This document shows, one piece after another, positions 25,502-34,489 of a stretch of 64,000 nt of DNA. The notes under the pieces were generated by a model, which was given only the letters and a program-made list of their open reading frames with translations, ran no database searches and was not told the DNA's origin. Made by a program: the position numbers and the translations under genes. The DNA is taken from assembly GCA_964497805.1 (NCBI GenBank), contig CAZCFB010000004.1, positions 6,648 through 70,647 of the forward strand, written 5' to 3'. Position 1 is the first letter of the stretch. Each line of letters begins with the position of its first letter. The stretch comes from an uncultured Kofleriaceae bacterium. Its GTDB lineage: Bacteria; Myxococcota_A; Polyangia; GCA-2747355; CAZCFB01.

Positions 25502-26725
25502 TCAGAAGGGGCTGCACATGTGGAGGATGGTGCCCCCCTCCCCCACCGCGTACACGTCCTTGGCGCCGCTGCCCCACACCCCGTGCAGCGTGTTGATCAC
25601 GCCGGACTTCATCGCGCTCCAGCCCCCCGCGGCGTTGCGCAGGATCTTGCCCTTGCTCCCCACAGCGTACACGCTGTTCTGGCCGTCTCCCCAGACCGCG
25701 TTGAGGCCGTACCCCTTGTCCAGGTAGGTGGTGGTCCAGGTGGAGCCCTTGAAGGCAGACACCGAGGCCCACTCCGTTGTCGTACTGCCGCTGGCGGCGG
25801 TGTACAGCCCCACCATGAAGATGTTGGTGGTGCCCGTGCCCCAGATGCCCTTGATCACACCCTGCGGGGGCTTGGTGCTCAGGGTGTCCTTGATCCAGGT
25901 CCCGCTGTTGTACAGGTAGTACAGAGGCGAGCAGGTCCCGCTCTTGCACGCCCCGCCCACAGCATGGGTGGTGGTGGCGCTGCTGTTCCAGAGGTGGTTG
26001 ATCTGGCCCGCCTCGACGGTGCTGACGATGTTGGAGATGGTCCAACTGGCGCCGTTGAAAATGGCGATGGTCGGCTTGTACCCGGTGCCCGATGATTCGC
26101 TGCCCAGCACCTGCACCTCGGTCTTTCCCTTGGCGCCGATGGTCCGGAGGTCCAGGTTGCCCGTGCGGGTCAGCACCGACTCGGTCCACTTGGATCCGTC
26201 GAAGCGCAAGATGAGCCCGTTGCGCGTGGTGCTGGTGGCCTTGTAGGAGCCGACGATAAACACGTTCTTTGAGCTGGTCCCCCAGACCCCGCGATAGATG
26301 ACGCCGCTCTTGCTCTTGGCCAGAGGGACGGGGGTCCAGGCGTAGCCCTGCTTTACAAGCACCGTGCCCTGGTCCCCCACCGCGAAGACCATGGAGGCGG
26401 AGGCGCCCCACACGGCGTTCAGGGTGGCGGAGGTGGAGGTCGTCTGCTTCTGCCACCCGGACACGCAGGTCTTGCTGTCCAGGCTGGTGTCGGCCACGGA
26501 GAGATCCGCGAGGTCTGGCGTTGGCCCCGAGTCCACGGCGGCCAGGTCTCCCCCGCTGTCAGGCGCGCCGTCCAGGCCGGAGGCATCGCTCCCGGCGTCA
26601 TAGTAGGCCACCAAGGTTTCGCCGGTGCACCCGGCAAGGGACAGGGCCAGGATCAGAGTGAGCGTGGCAGCCGCCACAAGAGTCTTGAGATTTGAGTTGT
26701 GTATTAACGGTCGATAATCAAGCAC
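25502..26725 (-). CDS. Beta-propeller-like lipoprotein
   Basis: GTG start. Lipobox LALSLAGCTG. Recurrent L.GVWG....V.AVG..G.I blades (LNAVWGASASMVFAVGDQGTVL, YRGVWGTSSKNVFIVGS, IKGIWGTGTTNIFMVGL, LNAVWGDGQNSVYAVGSKGKIL, LHGVWGSGAKDVYAVGEGGTIL). Confidence 0.7.
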   Translation of the reverse strand: MLDYRPLIHNSNLKTLVAAATLTLILALSLAGCTGETLVAYYDAGSDASGLDGAPDSGGDLAAVDSGPTPDLADLSVADTSLDSKTCVSGWQKQTTSTSATLNAVWGASASMVFAVGDQGTVLVKQGYAWTPVPLAKSKSGVIYRGVWGTSSKNVFIVGSYKATSTTRNGLILRFDGSKWTESVLTRTGNLDLRTIGAKGKTEVQVLGSESSGTGYKPTIAIFNGASWTISNIVSTVEAGQINHLWNSSATTTHAVGGACKSGTCSPLYYLYNSGTWIKDTLSTKPPQGVIKGIWGTGTTNIFMVGLYTAASGSTTTEWASVSAFKGSTWTTTYLDKGYGLNAVWGDGQNSVYAVGSKGKILRNAAGGWSAMKSGVINTLHGVWGSGAKDVYAVGEGGTILHMCSPF

Positions 26726-26824
26726 CTGTACAGTCTAACTCCTACTAAGGGCGGCTGAAACCGGCTATGATTGGATAAATCGTGCCACGAGGGCACAACC
26801 CCCTGAAGGAGGGAGATCAGAAGA

Positions 26825-27190
26825 ATGGCAGACCAGCCAAAGAGCGCTGACCAGGACGAAGCAGAGCTCGTTGCGCCAGAAACTCTGGAGTCAATCCCGG
26901 TTCCGGACGAGTCCCCCTCCGCGGACGGTCCCGGCTCCATCGAGTCCTACGCCGTGGCCCGGATCCTGGTGGACCACCTCATTGCCGAGGAGCAGCTCGA
27001 GCTGGTGACCCCCCGCTCCCTTCCCGGGCTGCTGGAGCTCACGGCCCAGGCCCTGGATCAGGTGGAGCGCACCGAGGACGGCATGGGCATCCTGCTGGAT
27101 CGCTGGGTGGACCACAACGGCGTGGCCGAGGTGTACCTCAGCGAGGCCGACATGCTCGAAGTGGTCAACGCCCTCGAAGAAGAGGATTAG
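26825..27190 (+). CDS. Small acidic hypothetical protein
   Basis: 121 aa. AGGAGGGAG RBS about 8 nt upstream. High GC3. Its stop overlaps the pyrD stop (TTAG). Confidence 0.55.
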   Translation: MADQPKSADQDEAELVAPETLESIPVPDESPSADGPGSIESYAVARILVDHLIAEEQLELVTPRSLPGLLELTAQALDQVERTEDGMGILLDRWVDHNGVAEVYLSEADMLEVVNALEEED

Positions 27191-28224
27191 GCCCCGGAGC
27201 TCACTCCCGCCACGATCCGCCTCACCAGCCCAGGGCCGCCGTAGATCAACCCTGTGTAGACCTGAACCAGCACCGCGCCGGCGTCCAGCTTGGCCCGCGC
27301 GTCGTCGGGGCCCATGATCCCCCCCGCCCCCACCACGGGCAGCTTGCCCTCGGTGCGGCGGGCGATGGCCTGGATCATGTCGGTGCTCATGCCGGTGAGG
27401 GGAGCCCCGCTCAGGCCACCGGTCTCCTCCCCAACCCCCGCGGTGCGCAGGGCCGGCCGGGAGATGGTTGTGTTGGTGGCGATCACCCCGTCTACCCCCG
27501 CGCCCAGGGCCGCCTCCAGGGCCTCATCCAGCTGGCTGTCATCCAGGTCGGGGGCCAGCTTCACCAGCACGGGCACGGGCCCGGGGAGCCGCGAGCGCAT
27601 TTCGTCCCGGCGCTTGACCAACGGGGCGAGCAGCCCCTCCAGGTAGTCCCGGGACTGAAGCTCGCGCAGGCCAGGGGTGTTGGGTGAGCTGACGTTCACC
27701 GTGAGGTAGTCGGCCAGAGGCGCGAACCGCTCCAGCAGCGCCAGGTAATCCTGGCCCGCCTCCTCCAGCGGGGTCTCTTTCTGTTTGCCCAGGTTCACGC
27801 CGAGCACCAGGCCCGGTGGACGGGGACCGGCCAGCCGCCGCGCCAACAAATCGGCCCCGCCGCTGGGGAAGCCCATGCGGTTGATCAGGGCGTGGTCAGC
27901 GGGCAGCCGGAAGACGCGGGGGTGTGGGTTGCCGGGCTGCGGCTCCGGGGTCACCGTACCGAGCTCCAGGTGCCCGAAGCCCAGGCAGGCCAGCCCACGC
28001 CACGCGGCGCCGTCCTTGTCATAGCCGGCCGCGAGCCCCACCTGGTTGGGGAAGGTCAGGCCGAAGGCCTCCACCGGGCGCGGGGCCGGGGCGCCGTAGG
28101 CCCGGCGCAAGAGCCAGCGCACCGGCGGCACAGCGGCGGCCACGCCCACCATGGAGAGGGCCAGCCCATGGGCGCGCTCGGGAGGGAGGCGGAAGAGGAT
28201 GGAGCGGAACAGCCTGTACAGCAT
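27187..28224 (-). CDS. pyrD: Dihydroorotate dehydrogenase (quinone), class 2
   Basis: FGLTFPNQVGLAAGYDKDG, GFGHLELGTVTP.PQPGNP.PRVFRL, LINRMGF, YLTVNVSSPNTPGLRELQ, GVIATNTT, GGLSG.PL. Confidence 0.9.
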   Translation of the reverse strand: MLYRLFRSILFRLPPERAHGLALSMVGVAAAVPPVRWLLRRAYGAPAPRPVEAFGLTFPNQVGLAAGYDKDGAAWRGLACLGFGHLELGTVTPEPQPGNPHPRVFRLPADHALINRMGFPSGGADLLARRLAGPRPPGLVLGVNLGKQKETPLEEAGQDYLALLERFAPLADYLTVNVSSPNTPGLRELQSRDYLEGLLAPLVKRRDEMRSRLPGPVPVLVKLAPDLDDSQLDEALEAALGAGVDGVIATNTTISRPALRTAGVGEETGGLSGAPLTGMSTDMIQAIARRTEGKLPVVGAGGIMGPDDARAKLDAGAVLVQVYTGLIYGGPGLVRRIVAGVSSGA

Positions 28225-28269
28225 CGTATTAGCGAATCCGCCGAGGCCGACGGCCTCGACAGCCTCGCT

Positions 28270-28296
28270 GCGGACCTCCGGTCCGCGCTGTTTTTT
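28270..28296 (+). terminator. Intrinsic-terminator-like hairpin plus T6 tract, oriented on the plus strand
   Basis: GCGGACC-tcc-GGTCCGC (28270-28286), then gctg and TTTTTT (28291-28296). Sits in the pyrF/E-pyrD intergenic region although both flanking genes are minus-strand. Confidence 0.4.
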
Positions 28297-28387
28297 CGCC
28301 TGGCTGCGCCAGGCTAAGGCCGGGGGCCGCGACCGCGCCCCCGGTGGTTCTTAGTGTTGGCTTCATACGTTCCATGCTTGCACCTGC

Positions 28388-29821
28388 CTAGGCGTTCCCG
28401 GCCAGGAAGCGGCGAACCTCGTCGGCCTGTGCCTCGGTGATCAACCCGGTGGCGCGCCACCGCTGGAGCAGCCCCCGGAGGGTGTACACCGCGTGCAAGG
28501 CCACGCCGTGCCGGCCCAGCTCCTCGGCGCCGCCCGACTCGCGGTCCACAAGCACGGCAACATCCTTCACCTTGAGCCCCACCTTTTCCAGCTGCTCCAT
28601 GGCCTCCAGCTTGCTGCCGGCGGTTGTGGCCAGGTCGTCCACGAGCAGGGCGGTGTCCCCCTCGGAGAAGACGCCCTCCACGGGGGCCTTGGTGCCGTAC
28701 TTTTTGACCTCCTTGCGCGGGTAGATCATGGGCCAGCCCCCGGCCAGGCTCACGGCCGTGGTGATGGGCATGCCGGCATAGGGCAGCGCGGCCAGATGAT
28801 CAAAGCTCAGGGGCCGGATCAGCTCCACGTAGCGTTCAGCCGCGAGCCTCAGCAGGGCCGGATCCGCCACCAGGCGGCGCAGGTCCAGGTAGATGGGAGA
28901 GACGAGCCCCGACTTGAGGGTGAAGGAGCCGAAGCGGACGCACCCCACCTTGAGCAGCCACCCGGGCAGTGGGTCCGCGTCCTCGCCGGCGGCAGCGGCA
29001 GGGCAGGCGCCCCGCAGCTCCTCCCGCGCCTTGTTGATGTTGTCCCGCAGCTCCCGGGCAGCCGCGCCCGGATCCACCGCGCCGGAGATCCCCCGCGAAA
29101 CCGGCACCAGCAGCCCCCCGCCGTCCTGATCCAGGCCAGCCTCCAGGGCCGCCGCCAGGTCCCCGCCCTGAGCGCCGATGCCAGGGGCGAGGATCCAGGC
29201 CCTCGGGGCCAACGCGCGCACCCTGGCCAGGGCCCCCGGCGCGGTGGCGCCCACCACGAGGCCCAGGTTGTCGTGATCGCTCCAGCGGCCCGCGGCCAGG
29301 GCCACCTCCTCGAACAGGGCGCGCTCCGGCCGGCCCTCACCGCCGCACACGGTGAGCCCCTGGAGCTCCTCGGCGCCCGGGTTGGAGGTGCGGCAGAGCA
29401 GGAAGACGCCCCGGCTGGCGTCGCGGGCCAGGGGCTCCACTGAGTCCCGCCCCAGGTAGGGCGAGGCCGTGACAGCGTCGGCGCCCAGCTCCTGGAAGCA
29501 GGCCGTGGCGTAGGCCTCTGCCGTGGAGGCGATGTCTCCCCGCTTGGCGTCCAGCAGCACCGGGACCTCGTCCGGGATGGCCTGAATCACCTGCCTCAGG
29601 GCCACCAGCCCGTCAGGACCCAGCGCCTCGAAGAAGGCGATGTTCGGTTTGTAAGCGGCGGCCACCTCGTGGGTGGCCTCGACGATGCGCAGGCACGCCT
29701 CACGGGCCTCACGGGCGCCCTCGGCGCCGCCGGTTTCCGGGCGTGGATCCAGCCCCACGCAGAGCAGAGAGTTGGCGGCCTCGGCGCGTCGCGCCAGGCG
29801 GTCAAAGAAAGATTGGGTCAC
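28388..29821 (-). CDS. pyrF/pyrE: Bifunctional OMP decarboxylase (type 2) / orotate phosphoribosyltransferase fusion, order PyrF-PyrE
   Basis: N-terminal half: LLCVGLDPR, AAYKPNIAFFEALG, VLLDAKRGDIASTA, FLLCRTSNPG. C-terminal half: VRFGSFTLKSGLVSPIYLDLR, LPYAGMPI, YPRKEVKKYGT, ALLVDDLATTAGS (PRPP loop). Confidence 0.9.
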   Translation of the reverse strand: MTQSFFDRLARRAEAANSLLCVGLDPRPETGGAEGAREAREACLRIVEATHEVAAAYKPNIAFFEALGPDGLVALRQVIQAIPDEVPVLLDAKRGDIASTAEAYATACFQELGADAVTASPYLGRDSVEPLARDASRGVFLLCRTSNPGAEELQGLTVCGGEGRPERALFEEVALAAGRWSDHDNLGLVVGATAPGALARVRALAPRAWILAPGIGAQGGDLAAALEAGLDQDGGGLLVPVSRGISGAVDPGAAARELRDNINKAREELRGACPAAAAGEDADPLPGWLLKVGCVRFGSFTLKSGLVSPIYLDLRRLVADPALLRLAAERYVELIRPLSFDHLAALPYAGMPITTAVSLAGGWPMIYPRKEVKKYGTKAPVEGVFSEGDTALLVDDLATTAGSKLEAMEQLEKVGLKVKDVAVLVDRESGGAEELGRHGVALHAVYTLRGLLQRWRATGLITEAQADEVRRFLAGNA

Positions 29822-30876
29822 GCGGGCTTTACCTCCCTTCCGGTCCCCGCTCCGGCGAGGACCCGCCCATCCCTGTACACCAACTCACCGCGCAACACCA
29901 CCTGCTCCACTCGCCCCTTCACCACCATCCCCTCGAACGGGGTCCAGCCACAGCGGCTCTGCATGTTGGCCGCGGTGATCTCGTAGGTCGCGTCCGGATC
30001 CACCTCCACCACCGTCTCTGGCTGCGCGGGCATGCCGAAGATGCGGCGCGGGTTGTGCACCAGGCGGTCCACGATGTCCTCCATGGTGAGCCGGCCCTCG
30101 GACATGGCGGTGAGCAGCAGGGGGAGCATGGTCTCCAGGCCGGGGAAGCCGGGGGGCGGGTTCTCGCCGTCCTTCTCTGCCGGGGTGTGCGGTGCGTGAT
30201 CCGTGGCGAAGCAATCCACCACATCGAGGTTGTCCCAGAGGGCTTGCCGGTCCCTGGCCCGGGCCAACCCCGGGCAGACCAGGGAGCGTCCCTTACCCAG
30301 CCGGGGCACGTCGTCCTCGCACAGGATCAGGTGGTGCGGGGCCACCTCGCAGGTCACGGGGAGCCCCCGCTCCTTGGCCCGCCGGATCACCAGGATCTCC
30401 TCCTCCCGGGACACATGGCACAGGTGCACCGGGCGGCGGTACAGGTCGGCCAGCAGGATGGAGGCGGCCAGGCTGCGGCCCTCGGCGTGCATGGCCAGGG
30501 GGCGGTCTGCCGGCCAGTGGGCGAAGTGGGGCAACCAGCTGTCCATGCGCTCCAGCCGGAGGGGGCCGTAGGTGTGATCCAGGTACATCTTCACGCCGAC
30601 CCCGTTGTTGACCAGGTCCCGCAGCAGCAGGGAATTTGTCTCGGTAGCCCCAAGGAAGATGCCGTAATCACAGCGGGCTTTGGCCGCCGCACACCCTCGC
30701 ACCTGGTCCAGGGTGGTCCTGTCCACTGGCGAGGGGGTGGTGTTCGGCATCACCAGCACGGTGGTCACCCCGCCAGCCAGCGCGGCGGCAGTCCCGGTGC
30801 CCCAGTCCTCCTTGTGGGTACCGCCCGGTTCACGCATATGGACATGTACGTCGATGAGACCAGGGAGGGTGATCAT
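29818..30876 (-). CDS. pyrC: Dihydroorotase (short form, 352 aa)
   Basis: LPGLIDVHVHMREPG (HxH), GGVTTVLVMPNT, VKMYL, CHVS, FATDHAPH. Overlaps pyrF/E by 4 nt. Confidence 0.85.
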   Translation of the reverse strand: MITLPGLIDVHVHMREPGGTHKEDWGTGTAAALAGGVTTVLVMPNTTPSPVDRTTLDQVRGCAAAKARCDYGIFLGATETNSLLLRDLVNNGVGVKMYLDHTYGPLRLERMDSWLPHFAHWPADRPLAMHAEGRSLAASILLADLYRRPVHLCHVSREEEILVIRRAKERGLPVTCEVAPHHLILCEDDVPRLGKGRSLVCPGLARARDRQALWDNLDVVDCFATDHAPHTPAEKDGENPPPGFPGLETMLPLLLTAMSEGRLTMEDIVDRLVHNPRRIFGMPAQPETVVEVDPDATYEITAANMQSRCGWTPFEGMVVKGRVEQVVLRGELVYRDGRVLAGAGTGREVKPA

Positions 30877-31018
30877 GGGTTCTGCTCCTTACCAGGAGGG
30901 TTCAGGTGGGACCATTGTGCCCTGATCTAGCACTCAGGTGAAGGGACCCTTTGTGTGGTAAATTCTTACATTAGGGCCCACAAGCCCTTCGCTGGTTAAC
31001 TGCCTTAAGAGGTGCTGC

Positions 31019-32017
31019 ATGAGGCCTCACAGCCTTCTCATAATCATCGCCCTGGCCGCGTTCGCAGTTGGGCCTGGCTGTACTGAGCTGAACCCGACCT
31101 ACGACCCGAACAAGGACTGGAGCAAGATCGACACAGGTACTGGCCAGCTGGACGGCATGGTCCCGTGGCAGGACCACAAGGTCCCCTTTGACATGTCCTC
31201 CCCGTTGCCCGAGCGGGATCCATCCTGCCCGCCAGGGCAGCACCGCTGCGGGAAGGACTGCGTCAACCTTCAGGGCGATCCCAACAACTGCGGCAAGTGC
31301 GGCAACCGATGCTCGGGCGGCACGGTGTGCAAGGTGGGCACCTGCTGCCCGCCGAACATGACCAACTGCGGCGGGGTGTGCGCCGACCTGTACGGCGACC
31401 CAGGGCACTGCGGTCAGTGCAACAAGAAGTGCAAGAAGGACGAGGATTGCTCGGGCGGCCTGTGCTGCGACAAGGGCGAGGTCAACTGCAACGGCAAGTG
31501 CGTGGAGGTGATGGACGACGACCCGAACAACTGCGGCGGCTGCGGCAAGAAGTGCCCGTCCGGAGAGAAGTGCGACAAGGGCAAGTGCTCGGGTGGCGGC
31601 TCCACGGGCAAGGGGTGCGCCGACGGATCTGACGAGCAGAAGTTCAACAAGGGCATGGTGGGCTGCTCGGGCAGGGTCTGGTTCAGCTCACGCCACACCC
31701 TCTGCGCCAAGGGGTTCCGGGTGTGCAAGGCGTCCGAGTGGGTGGGCAACCGGGGCAACACCAAGCCGAGCAACCACTACTGGACCAACGACAACCTCAA
31801 GTACAACGGCCATTCGAGCTCTTGTTGGGTCTCCACCGCCAGCGGCAAGCAGTGCAGCGGCGGCAAGGAGCCCATGCGGGTCTGCGCCGGCAAGGTCGAC
31901 TCCAAGTTGAACTACTGCAACTGGACCAATTGTGGCTACGGCAAGGCCCAGCCGAACCACTTCTTCGGCGGCTGCCAGGGCAACCCCACCGCGGGGTCGC
32001 TCTGCTGCCCCAATTGA
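31019..32017 (+). CDS. Cys-rich lipoprotein with three Stig1-like repeats and a Cys-rich C-terminal domain
   Basis: Lipobox FAVGPGCTE. Repeats C..CV.L..DP.NCG.CG..C.....C..G.C occur three times (DCVNLQGDPNNCGKCGNRC, VCADLYGDPGHCGQCNKKC, KCVEVMDDDPNNCGGCGKKC). Confidence 0.7.
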   Translation: MRPHSLLIIIALAAFAVGPGCTELNPTYDPNKDWSKIDTGTGQLDGMVPWQDHKVPFDMSSPLPERDPSCPPGQHRCGKDCVNLQGDPNNCGKCGNRCSGGTVCKVGTCCPPNMTNCGGVCADLYGDPGHCGQCNKKCKKDEDCSGGLCCDKGEVNCNGKCVEVMDDDPNNCGGCGKKCPSGEKCDKGKCSGGGSTGKGCADGSDEQKFNKGMVGCSGRVWFSSRHTLCAKGFRVCKASEWVGNRGNTKPSNHYWTNDNLKYNGHSSSCWVSTASGKQCSGGKEPMRVCAGKVDSKLNYCNWTNCGYGKAQPNHFFGGCQGNPTAGSLCCPN

Positions 32018-32047
32018 CATTCCCCCACCGCCCTCCATTATTTTGGG

Positions 32048-32464
32048 ATGAGTTCATCCCTGTTTGATCGTTTCTTCGAGCTGCTCACCCCCTCGGACCA
32101 GGCCGAGATCTCCCAGCATGAGCGGGAGGCGATGGTGGACTTGATGGTCTGGACCATGTTCGTGGATCGCCATGTGGCCCGGGCCGAGCAGGCCTACCTC
32201 AAGGAGAGCGCCGGCGACCTGGGATGGACGGGCAACTACCCCATCGAGGTGTACATCGACGCCTCCGTGCGCAGGATCCGAGACTCCCTGGGCAGCGAGG
32301 CCGCCGAGGAGGCGTACCTGGAGGACATCCTGGCCCGGCTGCCACAGCCCGGGGCAAGGCAGCAGGTCTACGAGGCGTGCGCCAGCCTGGCAGGCGCGGA
32401 CGGCGAGTTGGCCCCGGCGGAGGCAGCCCACCTGGAGCGGATCAAGACCCGGCTGGGCCTTTAG
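32048..32464 (+). CDS. TerB-like (tellurite-resistance TerB fold) small protein
   Basis: MVDLMVWTMFVDRHVARAEQAYL ... ACASLAGADGELAPAEAAHLERIKTRLGL shows the two-helix-pair TerB/DjlA_N pattern. Confidence 0.55.
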   Translation: MSSSLFDRFFELLTPSDQAEISQHEREAMVDLMVWTMFVDRHVARAEQAYLKESAGDLGWTGNYPIEVYIDASVRRIRDSLGSEAAEEAYLEDILARLPQPGARQQVYEACASLAGADGELAPAEAAHLERIKTRLGL

Positions 32465-32591
32465 GGGAGGTTTTCACGCCCTCCCATTGGGCGTATGGGC
32501 ACGATCCGGGTGGGTGCATGACCCACCCTTACCCCATCGGGGTGCGGCGCCGCACACTCATGACATCCGCCCTCGTGCTACGATTTGCCCC

Positions 32592-34460
32592 ATGAACAGA
32601 GCATTCATACTGGCGTTGTTTGCCTTCCTGATCCCCGGGTGCGACCTGGCCTCGCGGGTGTTCGTTCCGCCCGAGTACACCGAGGCTGGCGTCCCCTTGA
32701 CCGACTCCATGGTCCCCCCACCGGACTCCTCACCTGACTCCCTGCTCCACCCGGATGGGTGGCCGCCATCCTCGGCGGCGTGCATGACCGAGAGCAAGAC
32801 GTCGCCCAACGGCGTGCGCAAGTTGACCTACCTCAAGAGCAAGGGGGGGAGCTGGAACCTGGCCCTGGACCCGGCCGCAGTCCACCTCCCGCTGACCCTG
32901 CAGAACATTGCCAAGGGCACCGAGGCCGCGGGCATGGACCACCGCAAAGACAGCGACATGGTGGCCGGATTCATCATGGCCCAGCCAGCGGCCGGCGATG
33001 TGACTGTCCAGGACATCCTCTCCGCGGTGATCACCCAGATCCAGCAGGGGATCCCCAACAAGGCCCGCGCCGAGGTGCGCACCAGCGGCACCCAGCTGCC
33101 GTCCCACGATTTCTTCCCCCAGGTAGTGGGCACCATCATCGACCTGGATCTCACCGTGAAGGTCACCGCCCCGGCAGTTCGTGAGCAAGTACTGCGGGCC
33201 ATCTTGAACCCCCTGAACCCGGCCACCATCAAGAACCCGCCGCCCAAATGGGGCCCCCAGGACAACCAGTTCATCATCTCCCTGGCCACGGTCCGCCGCT
33301 TCCAGCGCGCCCGGGACGCCAAGACCGGCGCCTTCACCAAGGATGGCCAGGGGTACGCCAGCGAGGCGGCCGACAAGAGCAAGCGCGCCATGCTCATCGT
33401 GGGAGCTGTGGCCCGGCGGGATGACTTTCAGGACCTCACCCGCCGCACGGGGCTGCTGGTCGACGACCTGGCTGGCGGCACAGCGGCGGCCCTGGGCTCG
33501 GCCAAGATCAGCGACATCGTGTGTAACGTGTTCCTGGGAACGGACCCGGCCAAGGCTGACATCATCTGGGTGGTGGACGAGTCGGGATCCATGTCCAACA
33601 ACCGCGAGGACATCGTGCGCAATGCCGAGGAGTTCTTCGACCGCGCCGTGGCCTCGGGGCTCGACTTCCGGGTGGGCGTGACCAACGTGTGCAACCCCAA
33701 CGGCTCATACAAGGACAGCGTGGGCAGGTTCTGCTCGCGCAAGAGCACAAACCGGAACGACAACGGTGGCGACGACCGCTTCCTGCTGCCCAAGGAGCGG
33801 GACATATTCTCGGCCTGCGTCAGGAACCCGCCCGGGTTCGAAGGGAGCAGCGAATACGGCATCGTCAACGCCAGGCGGGCAGTGTCCAACCACCTCCCGC
33901 GCGCGGCTGGCAAGGTCAACAGGATCCGCCCCGGCGCGACGCTGGTGGTCATCGTGGCCACCGACGAGGTGGCTGGCAGCCTGACGAGCATCCTGTCCAG
34001 CTCCAAGTACACATGCACCCTGCCCAGCTCCACCAAGTCAAAGATGGCCTTCAGCCTGATGTCGCATCACGCCTACTTCTCGGGCAACACCGATACCCAG
34101 GCGCGCACGGTATTCCACCTCATCGGCGGCGTGTGCGGCAACACCTGCAGGGCGCACATCGGCCACGGCTACGGCTTGCTGGCCCGGGCGCTCGGGGGCC
34201 AGATCGGCGACGTGTGCCAGCAGGACCTGGGGCCCACCCTCCAGTCGATCATCGACAGCGTGGCAGGCAAGGGCTCCGCCACCAACCTGTCGCATGTCCC
34301 GGTGGCGGCCAGCCTGGCCGTGGCCCGCAACGGCGTGGCCATCAAGCGCAGCCGCAGCAAAGGCTTCGACTACCGCCCCACAGCCAACAGCATCGTCTTC
34401 ATCAACACCCAGTTCAAAAAGGGTTCAAAGGCGGTGGTGGGCTACCGCCGCTGGAAGTAG
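32592..34460 (+). CDS. von Willebrand factor type A (vWA) domain lipoprotein
   Basis: Track ORF 32172..34460 trimmed to ATG 32592: MNRAFILALFAFLIPGCDL (lipobox). MIDAS DxSxS in DIIWVVDESGSMSNN, later LVVIVATDE. Confidence 0.75.
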   Translation: MNRAFILALFAFLIPGCDLASRVFVPPEYTEAGVPLTDSMVPPPDSSPDSLLHPDGWPPSSAACMTESKTSPNGVRKLTYLKSKGGSWNLALDPAAVHLPLTLQNIAKGTEAAGMDHRKDSDMVAGFIMAQPAAGDVTVQDILSAVITQIQQGIPNKARAEVRTSGTQLPSHDFFPQVVGTIIDLDLTVKVTAPAVREQVLRAILNPLNPATIKNPPPKWGPQDNQFIISLATVRRFQRARDAKTGAFTKDGQGYASEAADKSKRAMLIVGAVARRDDFQDLTRRTGLLVDDLAGGTAAALGSAKISDIVCNVFLGTDPAKADIIWVVDESGSMSNNREDIVRNAEEFFDRAVASGLDFRVGVTNVCNPNGSYKDSVGRFCSRKSTNRNDNGGDDRFLLPKERDIFSACVRNPPGFEGSSEYGIVNARRAVSNHLPRAAGKVNRIRPGATLVVIVATDEVAGSLTSILSSSKYTCTLPSSTKSKMAFSLMSHHAYFSGNTDTQARTVFHLIGGVCGNTCRAHIGHGYGLLARALGGQIGDVCQQDLGPTLQSIIDSVAGKGSATNLSHVPVAASLAVARNGVAIKRSRSKGFDYRPTANSIVFINTQFKKGSKAVVGYRRWK

Positions 34461-34489
34461 CCCTGTTGACGTAGACGTATTCGAACGAA

